From contig CAVNZM010000017.1 in assembly GCA_963693365.1 (NCBI GenBank), forward strand, positions 969,989-1,033,988: DNA of 64,000 bases, given 5' to 3'. This stretch comes from Amoebidium appalachense (Eukaryota > Protista > Ichthyosporea). The notes beneath the pieces are model-generated. The model had not been told where the DNA came from. It made no database searches and saw only the letters and a program-made list of their open reading frames with translations. Positions within the stretch are counted from its first letter, which is position 1. The number at the start of each line of letters is the position of its first letter. Position numbers and translations under genes: made by a program. This document shows positions 41,439-59,991 of this stretch, piece after piece.

Positions 41439-41912
41439 CCGACAAAAAAATAATTTTGTATTGTTGCAGATCTTCGTATCTTTCTCAATGTATATTTTTG
41501 TATGTGGCACTGTGTGACTTATCCTTTCTAAACTCATCCCTATCACCACTACTACGACGCGAACACCTGGACCCTGACAGACACAGACACATGAATGCAT
41601 ACACAGGCCTCCCTAACTCACCGACACGCACGCACGCACGCACGCACGCATACACATGCACGCACGCAGGCACATGGAATACATAGACAAGCCCACCCCG
41701 TTTGTGCACTTCCATCTTTTCTAACGTTAGAACTAGAGTCGTATGCTCTACAGTCTTGATGGTGTGCACTCTCTTTCACGAGGTCCTGGCTCTGTTACAT
41801 GGCGACGGTAACAAACAATCCTCAGTGATTTCTCACTGATATACAAACAATCAACTATTAGCTTTTTAGATAATCTCTTTTTCCCAATTTCTTACTGGCT
41901 GTGTGTCAGGTA

Positions 41913-41949
<37 letters not shown>

Positions 41950-43556
41950 AACCAATACCTTTTTACATTATCTCTTTTCCCAATCCCTTATCTCTTTTTA
42001 ATTATATACTGGCTACGTGTCAGGTAAGCGAAAAAAAACCAAACCAACTGATGCCTTTTCAGATAATCTCTTTTTTCTCCTTTCTGATTGGCTCTACGTC
42101 AGGTTGTGCTGAATGCCGGTGTGCTGCCGATGCTTTTGCACCTGATGGGCAGTGCCAAGGAGAGTCTGCGCAAGGAGGCATGCTGGACGATATCCAATAT
42201 CACTGCGGGCACTAAGGAGCAGATCGAGGTAGGATATATGTGTGCAGATAGGGAGGGAAGGGGGGGGGGGGGGGGGGGGGAGGGAGACGGGGGGACGGAG
42301 GGAGGGAGGGGAGCTGGAGAGGGAGTGTTTGTGTGTGTGAGCGTGCGTGGCTGGAAGGGAGAGAGCGGCGTGCACAGGAGGAGAGAGTGAGAGAGAGGGA
42401 CTGTGTGCGTGTATATCGGCGTGCGTGTGTGCATGTGTGTGTGTGTGTGCGTGAAGGGGGGAGGGGGGGGGGGGGGGATGCTTTTCGCTCACTCACTCGC
42501 AAGCCTACACAAACACACAGACACCCACACATACATGTGCAACCGAACACACTCACACATGGCTCACACGTTCACGCCCATACACACACACACACACATA
42601 CACACTTGCACGCAGGCGCACACACACACACCGTGAGTGTGCACGTGTACGCAAGATGGTCACAGTGGATGTGTTGCACTTGTAGCCGTGTACACGCAAA
42701 TACACAGGCGCTGTCACAGAAAACAACGTAACAGTTACCACACAAACACGTACACTCATGCACGTGCATGCATAGCGTACACTGGTTCAAAATGTGCACG
42801 GACACACATGCACACATGTGCTCATGGTCACACCAAGTGTTGGCACACACAGGTACCCCTACACGTATGCCGTACACGTACAGATACATACACGCACGTG
42901 CACTCACCTAAAGTGTACACACACACGCATATTCGTATACGCGACACAAGCACACGCACGCACACACACATACAAGGAAGATACACACACATACGTACTG
43001 GCACACGTCAACACATACACGTATACACACACACACACACATGCGCTACATCCATCATTATGCCCCACATACTACACAAAGCACCTACACACGTACACAC
43101 GTACACACATACTGACACACACGTACCCTCTAGGCGGTTCTCCAGGCCGGGCTGTTTGGCCCCCTTGTTCAGATGCTGCACACCTCTGAGTTCCGCACCA
43201 AGAGGGAGGCTGCATGGGCCGTGGCCAATGCCGCATGCGGAGGCACAGACATGCAGATCCGGTAGGTGACTTATACACGTGCTCACTTTTTACATTCCCC
43301 CCCCCCCCCCCCCCCCCCCTCCCCGCGGGCCCTCCCTGAGGATGGGCTCTGCTTATGGCGCATACTGTGCGCATTGCTCATGCTGCAAACTTGAATGTTT
43401 GCCTTTGCATGTGTCCTGCACAGTGCGTCTCATCGTATAGTTGTGCTTCGTACCGCGTTCCGCATTCAACCCCCCCCCCCCCCCCCCCCCCGCCCTCCCT
43501 GCCCCATCCCTTTTGTTCCCGACCCCCCCACATGCATACATCCCCCCTCCCCCTAG

Positions 43557-43593
<37 letters not shown>

Positions 43594-43659
43594 CCCTCCC
43601 TGCCCCATCCCTTTTGTTCCCGACCCCCCCACATGCATACATCCCCCCTCCCCTAGCCG

Positions 43660-43697
<38 letters not shown>

Positions 43698-43912
43698 TCC
43701 CTTCCACATCCCTTTTTTTTTTTCCGGAGCCCCCACCTGCATACATCCCCCCCCCCCCCCCCTCCATCGGGCGCTCAGGGAAAACGGCGGAAGGAAAAGA
43801 AATTGATAAGGTCACGGCTACGGTGCTCTTGCGTAGACTGTGTGCTCTTTTTGCAAGAACTGCATGGTTTCATCGTGAACGTATACTTTGCACCGTCTAT
43901 ATCCCCCCCCCC

Positions 43913-43964
<52 letters not shown>

Positions 43965-44076
43965 AACCCACACCCCGACAGCCCCCACTACCACCTCCGC
44001 AACACATTCTACCCCCCTCTTTCCCTTCCCTGTAACACAACCTACACCCTCCTTTCCTTCCTTGCACACTAACACA

Positions 44077-44110
<34 letters not shown>

Positions 44111-45156
44111 TTCCTCCCCTCTCCCCCCCCTCTCCCCTTCCCCTTCCCCTCCCCCCCGGCGCAGTGTGATGGTTGAGCAGTACAACGTGCTTGGAGCGAT
44201 GTGTGAGCTCCTGGGCCTGCCCCTGGAAGCCAAGGCCCTTCAGGTGATCTTGGACGGTTTGGACCGCCTGCTCAAGGTTGGGGCTCAACTGACCACCCCC
44301 GACGGGCTTAACCCCTATGCCGTGGCTATGGAGGAATGTGGGGGTCTGGATAAGGTTGAACACCTGCAGAGCCACGAGAATGAGAAGGTATGGAGAGGGA
44401 GGTGGGGATGGGGGTGTTTTTTTTTTCTTTTTTTTTTTTTTTCTCTTTTTTTCTTTCTTTCTTTTGGTGGTGGTGGTGTGTTTGTGTGTGTGTGTATGTG
44501 GGGGGGGGGAGGGGGGGGGGATGTGGGGGTTGGATAAGGTCGAACGTCTGCAGAGCCATGAAAATGAGAAGGTATTGGTGGGGGGGGGGGGGGGGGGGTT
44601 TCTTTTTTTTTTTTTTTTTTTTTCTCTTTTTTTCTTTCTTTCTTTTGGTGGTGGTGGTGTGTTTGTGTGTGTGTGTGTATGTGGGGGGGGGGGGGGGGAG
44701 GGGGAGGGGGGGGGGGGGGAGAAAAAATGGGTGGGGAGAGGGGGGGGGGGGGTTTCCTTCTTTTTTGGGGGGGGGGGGAGGAGGGGGGGTGGGTTGGTAG
44801 TGTGTGTGTGTGGGGGGGGGGGGGGGGGGGGGGGTAAGGTACCTGGGTGGGTGGGTGGTTGTGAAGGGCCGGCGTGGAGCTATTTCTCATGTTAGCAGCG
44901 TGTAAGTGTGCTTCTCTCAGTCAAATATTGCTAACCACCTGACTTCCTTCCTCCTTGCTTTTCACACACACACACACGTACACACGCTAACACACACGCA
45001 CACATACACACGCAGGTTTACGAGCGTGCACACGAGATGATCACGAAGCACTTTGGCACGGAGGACGCATCCGAGCTTGCACCCGAGGCATCGGGCAACC
45101 AGTACACGTTCAACCCCAACCAGCAGAACGGGCCCAGCTCTGGCTTCAACTTCTAG
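35976..45156 (+). CDS. KPNA: Importin alpha (karyopherin alpha), 11 exons, ~531 aa
   Basis: Exons 35976-36197, 36482-36581, 37143-37234, 38597-38728, 39803-39991, 40545-40708, 41314-41392, 42103-42228, 43134-43261, 44165-44387 and 45016-45156 join in phase (1596 nt). IBB domain ELRRRR...LRKEKR; ARM repeats [61 protein letters not shown]; C-terminal GFNF. Confidence 0.96.
43491..43760. repeat. Three ~100-bp tandem intronic repeats separated by poly-C
   Basis: CCCTCCCTGCCCCATCCCTTTTGTTCCCGACCCC...ACATGCATACATCCCC occurs twice, plus a diverged third copy. Confidence 0.8.
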
Positions 45157-45164
45157 ATGCTTCC

Positions 45165-45420
45165 GTGTGTTCACATGCATACGACATAGTGTGTTCACAT
45201 ACGACATAGTGTGTTGCACGTGACGACATTATGGCATAATTTTGGTTGGTGCACATACGACATACTTCGTCTTGGTTTGCTGGACATTACACGACATTGT
45301 TTTGTCGCACATTACTACATGTTGTTTTGTTACACAATACGACAACAAGCTTGTTATACATACGACATATGGTTTGTTGCACATACGACATTGTAAGACA
45401 ACGTTTTGTTACATTAGTAC
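45165..45420. repeat. Degenerate CACATACGACAT-based minisatellite in the importin-alpha 3'UTR
   Basis: catacgacat, acgacatt and acgacaa recur about every 20-30 nt directly after the stop codon. Confidence 0.7.
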
Positions 45421-46479
45421 CCTTAGGTTATGGGGTTATGATTGCTCGCCTTATAATGCATTGCGTGATGTTTGGTTTCTAGCAGACACACATGTAACCT
45501 ACATCCATCAAACATATGCATCTTGCTTGCGAATGCGTGATTTTTAGTTATTTTTTCTCCCTTTCGCATTTTTTGTTTTCTGTAGACATTTTTTTTTGGA
45601 AAATGGAATGGAAAATTGAAAGAGAAGGAGAATTGGAAAAGGAATGGAAAGCGAATAGACTGAAAATCTTAAATAATAGAGAAGGTTGTGTGTATAGGGA
45701 TAGGGTACGCGAAAGTCTAGAATTAATAATCCTGATTGAACAGAATGGAATAGAATTGGAGAGAAAGATTAGAACAGACGGAAAGAAACGGGAAGATAGA
45801 AAGGAAAAATAAGGAAAACACCGGAAAAGAGAAGGAAATCCGGATCCGTTATGTTTGTGCACTAGCAACACACACACACACTGCGTGAATGCATACTGCC
45901 CGTACATACGAATGCTTGCTCCGGGAGCGTGGTGCCCCGGGGGGCTTTTGCTTCTGCTCTTGCAAATGCACAATAAATTGTAATGAGTCGTTTATTTCCC
46001 CCCAAAAGAACTTCGAAAGGGCTCCCGTGTATACGTATCCCCCCCCCTTCCCTCCCTCCCTCCCTTCCTAGGTATACCGGTTGGGACACACAAGTGTGAA
46101 ACTTGAAACACATGCACACACACACACACACACACACCCCACCATCACTACCCCTCCACGGACCCACCACTCAACCATGTTCACTCACCAACCCACACAA
46201 ATTCCGTGGTAACTTATCGTCTGAGACACCATTAGTAGTCGGTGACTGTGTGCACACGTGTAGTCGTTTAGGCAATGTGAATTTGTGGATATGCATGGCG
46301 CCGGCATGCATTTTGGAATGTGGGCGGGAAGTTTAGGCGCACAAAAAAAGGTGTTTATAAAACAATAAAAGTAGGAATATTCCGGTCCCAACTTTTTTGG
46401 TTGTTTCTAACAACGTTGCAACCTTTTTCTTTTTTCGCCGCAATATATATACTTCTATGTGGCATGCGTCCGACCTCTG

Positions 46480-47820
46480 CCGCCTGCACTTCTCTATCCG
46501 CCTGCACTTCTCTACCCGCCTGCACTTCTCTATGCTGATGATCTGTCCCTCCTTGCCCGTACCCCTAGACCCCTGCAAAGATTGTTCGATGTAGTGTCAG
46601 AGGGGTGCAAGGCAAACCTTATGATCCTTAACATAGACAAATGTGGTGTTCTTGTACCTGATATAGCTAACAATTTACACACATTTACATTATCATCTAA
46701 ACCTGTACCTATAGTTCCAGAATACAAAAATCTTGGTGTTCCGGTTAATTCTGCTGGTGTTATGTTTTCCCATATGGTCGAAAAGAGGGTAGAGTTGGCT
46801 CGTAAGCGGTTAGCTTTCTTCTCGGCTAATATTTTTAAAGAACACCCCTCCATCCTTCTATTAGACTTACATTTATTCGCACTTTTGTCTTCCCGGCATG
46901 TGAATATGGGTTACCCCTTCTCGGATCAAGAAAGAGAGAACTAGAGCGCTTAAACCGGTACCCTCGGCAAATTTCCTTGAAGCAGAAGTTGCCTCCTTTC
47001 TATCTAACAACTGTTGTAAACCCGGGCCTGTAACGCTCTCGATATATGGTCTGGTCCCAAAAGCTGCTAGAGTATCCTATCTCGCGCTGAAATTCAATAA
47101 GCACATAAGCCGCTTAAAGAAGTATTTGCCCTCCCACCCTCTCTTCTCTATCCGACCTGTCCCCTCCTCACCTCTCCCCTCTTTCTTTCCCTCTCTCCCC
47201 TTCTCCCCTGGGCACAAATACAAATAAACCCCGCAAAAGTGTGTGTGTGACTTTGGACTGCCACTTACTTATTAAACTACGGTACACAATCACAAGATAA
47301 TCACGCAATATAACAAATGGAAAAAGATACCACACGACACTAGACCCGATGAAAGCATACACCTTGAAAAACCAAGCCTTATGTCTCGTTTTATATATAC
47401 TGACCGCCTCAACCATATTGCCAAATATGGCACTCGCAAATGTATAGCACCTAAATACATATTACCTTCCTGTAGAACTGGTCTTTCTCTAGCTGATGGT
47501 ATTATTGATAATGGTGACCACGCTTTTACTGTACACGTGCTATACAGTGGAGATCTAATAAGTATCATGAAGGTGGCATCGTTTGCATGCCCAAACAACA
47601 CACACACACCCCAGTTTAAACGGTCATGTATCGCCAAATGTAGTTTGATAGACCACATAATACCGCAACACACACACGTCACATTCACAACAGACACCCA
47701 GAAAGATAGCCTACCTGTAAATTACAACATCCTTGAGTTTATACTAAACACGCGTAACTACGACCTGTTTATAAGATGTATTGATTGGCTTGAGAAACAC
47801 ATCACTACAAAATTCTCGCG
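46480..47820 (+). mobile_element. 5'-truncated, decayed non-LTR retrotransposon (RT C-terminal half plus Cys/His-containing tail)
   Basis: ALLYADDLSLLA...LNIDKC...YKNLGVP; after a frameshift, TFVFPACEYGLPL; terminal ORF ...YNILEFILN... runs into (CA)n. Confidence 0.85.
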
Positions 47821-47927
<107 letters not shown>

Positions 47928-47958
47928 CCAGCTGATACCGAGTGTCCCAGGGGAGCCC

Positions 47959-47993
<35 letters not shown>

Positions 47994-48019
47994 GGGGAAC
48001 CCCAACTAATTGATTTCTC

Positions 48020-50130
48020 TTTGTAGTCTTTATGGTGTCTCGTAGAGAAAGTAAGGGCCTGATATATAGTCATCACCCGACATCTATGTACGTGATCATG
48101 ATATACCGCTGAGGGGATATTCCGAGCAAAAACCCCCCATACCTGAGACTGGTTTCTCTTTGCCTCGAGTAAACGTTTTCTTTTGACTGGATTTATTCGA
48201 CGGAAAGATATGCAAGTATGCCCGGCATACTGAGAAGACAATAAAAACTTCACGAGTTATCCAGTAACAAGTGCATACTGAGATACCTGAACACTGTGTG
48301 AAAATCATATAAATACTCAATGTGACGACCAACAGAATTCAACAAAAAGTCTAAAGTGTTCACATTGCCAGCTAGTGTAGCAGACACCCGTAGGGAAAGA
48401 GGTAAAACGCGACGTAAAAACTCACACCTATCAACATGCTTGCGATTAAAAAGTTCAGCACAAAAGTGGCACCAGCGGCGATGAAAACAAGAATTACTGG
48501 CAGCGCCACTGCACAACTTCCCAGGCAATATCAACATCAGAGCACCATACAGACTTATCTACTACCGGGGTGGTATCCATACGTACAGCAGGAGAAATGT
48601 ATCCTGCCAAAGCTCCCAAAAAGCGATAATGATCAGTACGGTGTTGCCTAAGGAACATAACACATGCCGACTGAGTTTTACCTTTGATTTCTCTATCACT
48701 GAAAGAAACTTATACTGCGTATCATGTAATAACGCGAAAAGGCAGAAAAAACAGGAAGAGAAAAGAAAGAGGGAGTGAGATAGCGAGAGGAAGAATCAGG
48801 TCGAAAGAGGGTAGGCTGAGGACATTCAGAAGTAGCGTTGGTGAATCGGGGGGGAAGAGGGATGGAGGGAGGGGGGGGAAAGAAAGCATAAAGAGGGTGA
48901 CCATCAGGTATCCTAACTAAATGAAAACAAAAACGAAGAGACAATTCCTCCACACGACAAACAGCAGACGACAATCCAAACATACTGATTAAGGGAGGCA
49001 CAAACCGAGTACGAAACAAAGTGCGCAGCGCAGTACCCTGAAAATCGTCGAACTCTTTCAGCGCCACGGCCGCCTCGCGAGGTGGGGCGCAGGCCAATAG
49101 CGGAAGTCCATATTCGAAAGTCGGCCGTAAAAAAGTTTTATGGTAGAGAAGAAGGTTCGCAGGATGGATCACAGACTCCCGTTGAAACATATTTGACACG
49201 ATGTGAAGCTTACCCTTCGCACGAGCGATCCGTGCCGTGAGGAGCTTGCGGAAATCAATACCCCGTGCAGTAAAAGGAATACCCAAATAGTCATAGAGAG
49301 TCTGAACAGGAATAGGAAGACCGGCCAATCGAAAGGAAGTGTCTTTCGAAAAAGTAGCACACTTTGCAATTCCGACTGTCATGAGATTCTCGGTGCACCA
49401 TTGATCCACCTGACGAAGCATCTGGTGCATGACATCTTTGGTTAAGGAACAAAGAACAATATCGTCCGCAAAAAGGAGACCCGGTACACGGCGGGTAAGC
49501 AGTTGGCCAAAGGGTTCGAGGGCGCAGGCTAAATCGTCAATGAAAACGTCAAACAACAACGGACTCAGGAGGGACCCCTGCAGAAGATCCCGAGAACGGG
49601 AAAAACCGGGTGTTAATGTTCCATTGACCGCCGCTCGTCCACGAGTGGTATCGAACAACGCTTGCAGAAGACGGCCAAAGGGGGCTGGTAAGCCCCGCAT
49701 AGCCAGCTTATGCCATAACAAACCAGTGGGTACGGTGTCGTAGGCGATGGAGACAACGTGTGGAGAGCCAGAAGTAATGGATTCATGGAGTAACAGACTG
49801 TGAGTATAACACGAATAGGCATACGAAAGCCCCCTTGAAGGGAAGAAAGACGGAACACGGCGTTTAAAGAATCGTCGGTGGTAAACGCGCGAAGCATGCA
49901 ACCCTCGAAGAGCCGACGAAAAACGTTGGTAAGTGTGACGGGACGAAAGTCGTTAATGACCGGCCCCTGTGATACCTTCTTACGAACGGGCGTAACGATT
50001 GTGTCAAGCCACGAATTTGGAATAAACCCGAGTTCGAAAAAAGCCGAGTAAACAGCTTAAACCCCGGAGGATATACAATGGATCGATCCGAAGTCAGAAA
50101 CAAAGTTTGGCAAACGCTCGTTCAAGTTGC
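48020..50130 (-). mobile_element. Decayed non-LTR retrotransposon with reverse transcriptase; may continue 5' at ~50880-51000 beyond a microsatellite-rich insertion
   Basis: PNSWLDTIVTPVRKK...DFRPVTLTNVFRRLFE...QGGFR; IAYDTVP; LLQGSLLSPLLFDVFIDDL; LLFADDI; YDYLGIPF; KTFLRPTFEYGLPL; C-terminal CHFC..FNRKHVDRC..NTLDFLLN. Frameshifts and stops are present. Confidence 0.9.
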
Positions 50131-50782
50131 TCCCCCCCCCCCCCCCCCCCCCCCCCCCTTCCCCTTCCCCCGAAGTTCACGGCCGTGTTCCCTAGGCCTC
50201 CCTCAGAGTCTCCCCCAGGCCCGGTCCTGACCTGGGGAGCCTCCACGTGCACTGTGACGCCGTGACATGTCACGCATGCATATATATGCACACACAACAC
50301 ACACAATATTTCGTGTACGTACCGTGACACACACGTGCACACTTGAACCGAGGAATTTAGCCTAGCAGCAGCACATATGCAAAATAATCGGTCGACGTCA
50401 GAATTATAAGTTAGTCCCTCCCGGCCCTGCGGCCCTCTCCTCCACACCGCGTGTCCCCTCCCCGGGCCCGGCCTCCCCGCCCCTCGAGCTCCCCCCTCCC
50501 CCCCCCCTCGCCCCCTCCCCTCCCCCCCCCTCCCCTCCCCTCTCCTCCCGGGATCTCCGAGTCCCCCCGGGGCCCGCCCTCCCCTCCCCCCCCCCCCCCC
50601 CCCCCCCCCCAAACACACACATGTACACACACACCGTGACACACACGTGTACTCGCACACACGCACACACGCACACACGCACACGCCCACACACGCGCAC
50701 ACGCACACACGCACACACGCACACACACACACACACACACGCACACACGCACACGCCCACACACGCACACACGCACACACGG

Positions 50783-50851
<69 letters not shown>

Positions 50852-51229
50852 TAAAAAAAAAAAAAAAAAAGAAATGAAGAAAGACAAAGCCTTCGAAGTT
50901 CGGATCTGGCTGGCGATCGAGCGCGATCATGATTCGCCCGAGTACGAAACCTCGGGTGTTCTGGGCACCGTCTCCGGCAGTACTAGTCTAAACTGGCAGT
51001 CATCTGACATGTAGCTGGGGCCCGGAAAAGTTCCGTTCCGTAGTGTCACGCAAGCTACTTTTTTAGCTGGTTTTTCAGTGTCCCCGGCCGTGCTGGGCTG
51101 ATAGTCCTAGCGGCAAAGCAAACAGCAGTCAACGCGCAATTTCGTCTCCGTTCTTTGTTCCCGACCTGATTTCGAAAGCCGCAGTCAAGACTCTGCACCG
51201 TGTGGACGAGCGACCCCAAACACTGCATC

Positions 51230-57045
<5,816 letters not shown>

Positions 57046-57048
57046 CCC

Positions 57049-57087
<39 letters not shown>

Positions 57088-57390
57088 ACCACCACCACCC
57101 CCCCCCCAAAAAAAAATAGTCTCACTTGACATAAATTAAACAAAAGGAGCTTCTTTGAGTTTAGGGGCTGCTACTACCTGGGGGCAATGTTAGGGAAACG
57201 GGTTGAAGAAATGAAACTTCGATAGCACGCGTGTTCATGTGTGTCAAGGTGTATGTGTATACATTAAACATTCTCTCACAGTTGGTGTGGGTATACTGAC
57301 TGAGTGGACAGAGATCTATTTTAAGCCCAACCCCCCCACACACACATTCACGTACGTACACGCGCGCGCGCACGCATGCACACACACACA

Positions 57391-57428
<38 letters not shown>

Positions 57429-58250
57429 TTTGATCCCATAATAGTGCATGTTCTATTTTTTTATTTTTTTGTCAACATTTTTTCTTCTTGTTCCTTTTTG
57501 CCTAGGCCAGCTTTGATTTCGTTTTCACGTTCCAAGTCTATGCACGTATGATATGCACGTCGTCACATCTTGTAAGTAGACCAAGTGGTTAGCTATGCCA
57601 TCAATGTGATGACATGGATAGTGACTGTGTAATACTGGCTGTAATAAAGAGTCCATTCAGAGTTCCTTGGTCCCATGGCCCCTCATGAGATGTACGTGCT
57701 TCCAGCTAATCTTGCATGATTATCCCAGATAGAGATATAGATATTTCATGTAGTATGTCTACTGAGCACCTATAGCCGCTCCTCGCGGCAGCTGGGATCG
57801 GACACGGCGCGAAATGCGCAGCACAAGGCACACTGGGGCCAACATTTGCCCAGCCCATGTTCGAGTCATGCACAGCTTCAAACCTATTCGAACCAGCCGA
57901 ACCCTCCCTGGCATATGTGACGGACACAAGCGGATCACGTTTATAATATCAGACGAGGCCTGCTTATAGTCATGACTTGCCTTGGGCGAAAAAACATTAA
58001 CTACAGCCTTCGAAGAATCGGTCGGTTGCATGTTTATTGCGAAAGCCGCAGCTTGAGGATGGCTGAGAATGGGCCAGCCCAACATGCCAGCCCAACATGA
58101 TCATCTTAGCTGCATGCACAGCACACTAGAAAAGCACCCTCCCTAGCTGTCATACACAGCCGTCTGTTCACACCAAGGCCTCCTAATGTTAGATCAAATA
58201 CGCCTTGTTCACACGCGATAAACCCCAATGCCGGATAAGTGTTCTTTAAG

Positions 58251-58785
58251 ATTACTCATCCCTTATCCCGGGAATTTTAGAAAATCACTCAATTAGAATG
58301 AGTGACGTGAAAGGTTACTCATCATCGCTTGCCAAAGAGTACAATTGTTTTACCCTCAAAATGGTCGTAGATAGCTGAAAATTTCTAGAATAGTAGAAAA
58401 TACATGCATTTACTTCAGCACCAAAAAATATATAGTGTTTCCTAGCAATATATTGCTCTGCGACAGCATTATTGTCCTCCGCCAGCGGTTTTTTGTACAC
58501 CTTTGCCAGCAGCAGATGAGCCGCAGCCATTGACAATCAATCAAAAATCACTAATTGATGAGTAACTTTGGTCGCCAGATGAGTAACGTTGATTCAACTC
58601 GTTACCCCTTCGCGAGCGCTTATAGTAAACATACGAAAAACAGACATAAACCCGCCATAAAAATTTATGAGCGTGTTCTCAACTATGAAACGCAACTTTT
58701 CTACTAATTGATTAAGGGCACCTTGCGCGCCGGCACAAAAAATGCTGAGCGCCGCAAAGTTGAGCGTTGTTTAAAGTTACTCATG
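58251..58785. promoter_or_regulatory. Cluster of five ATGAGTAAY sites (AP-1/Gcn4/Yap-like), alternatively transposon subterminal repeats
   Basis: Sites at 58251, 58314 and 58776 (minus strand) and 58557 and 58578 (plus strand). Confidence 0.45.
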
Positions 58786-59991
58786 TTTAGGCATGGGGGG
58801 TAAAGAAACCGTTTGTTGAATCACGTGGGCACGCCTGGATCATACGGAAGCGCGAAGGGAAAACCAATCAGCGCGTTCGCCCGGGGCTTCAATCTAATTC
58901 CTTCTAGATCTTGATAAAAACAGCTTGATAGATAAGAATGATGAAGCACATAAATAGAAAATTTAGGAGATAGATGGTTCCATGACTTTTTGGGAAGCTT
59001 TATGTGTGGGAGCATTAGGGTGCTTTCTGTTGTTGGTTACCTTTTAGTGATAAGACGGTGAATAGATGTTTACACCTCTCTGCTTTTCTAAAGTATTTCA
59101 TCCAATCGGAGGGCGCACCCGATCACGGCGACGTGGCTGAAGATTATCTTTCCGTTTTGTGAGTCCTACACCAATGGCCTCTTTCTGCTATAAATGCAAA
59201 ACTTTAAAGCCGCTGATCAAACTTCTAAGGTGAGCCAAAATCACGCAAATAACCAATTGACATATTTCATACATGCGGTTCTGAGTCATGACAGCGGTGT
59301 TACAGTCTTGGGGGCGCGCCAGAACGGCCACCTCATATCAGGGCTTTTTTGAAGGTTATACGCGAAACATACAAAAAAGTTTAGTTTTAGAGTATAGGCA
59401 GGGCTGCAAAGTCAGGGTTCCGCTTGTTTGGTCGAGAAATTTCATGCATGGTCTTTAAGTTGTATTCATAGGTGAACTTGGCGATTCGATTTACTCTTCT
59501 TAAAACAGATGCCCTAGTGAAACCTGTCAAGACATTGTTTTCTCCATTTCACGCGTGTCTGTAGTGTCACACAAAAGGTCCGTTTGTATCACTCTCTAAT
59601 ATAATTACGTTAGCCCTAACGAATGCACCACCATACCATTTTCTCCCATCACTTATACATAAACATGAGTACAGGTGCAGCAGAATGCCTTGCCCCCCAC
59701 TTCTACGGGGGGTACCACCCATCCACCCTTCTGACAACCACAACCATACACACCCCATCCACAAAAACCGAATATGAGTTATCCATACACCAAAAGGCGG
59801 CAAAATCACTTAGCAAGAAACTATTTAAGTCGAAGGCCCGGAACTCCCTTTCTCGCCTCTCATCTCCTCCGTCCAATCAAACATCATACACAAGTACGCG
59901 AGATGCACACACCACACAAAAAGTGCCCGGGACGGAGGTGAACCCTCAAAAAAGTGCCATCCAAACCCCAACTCTTCATGGTTATCCCGCT

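Noticed and set aside
59623-59991. N-terminal 123 aa of the 399-aa bZIP ORF
   Set aside because: It contains a TATA-like box and leader-like sequence. Treated as probably untranslated, but not excluded.
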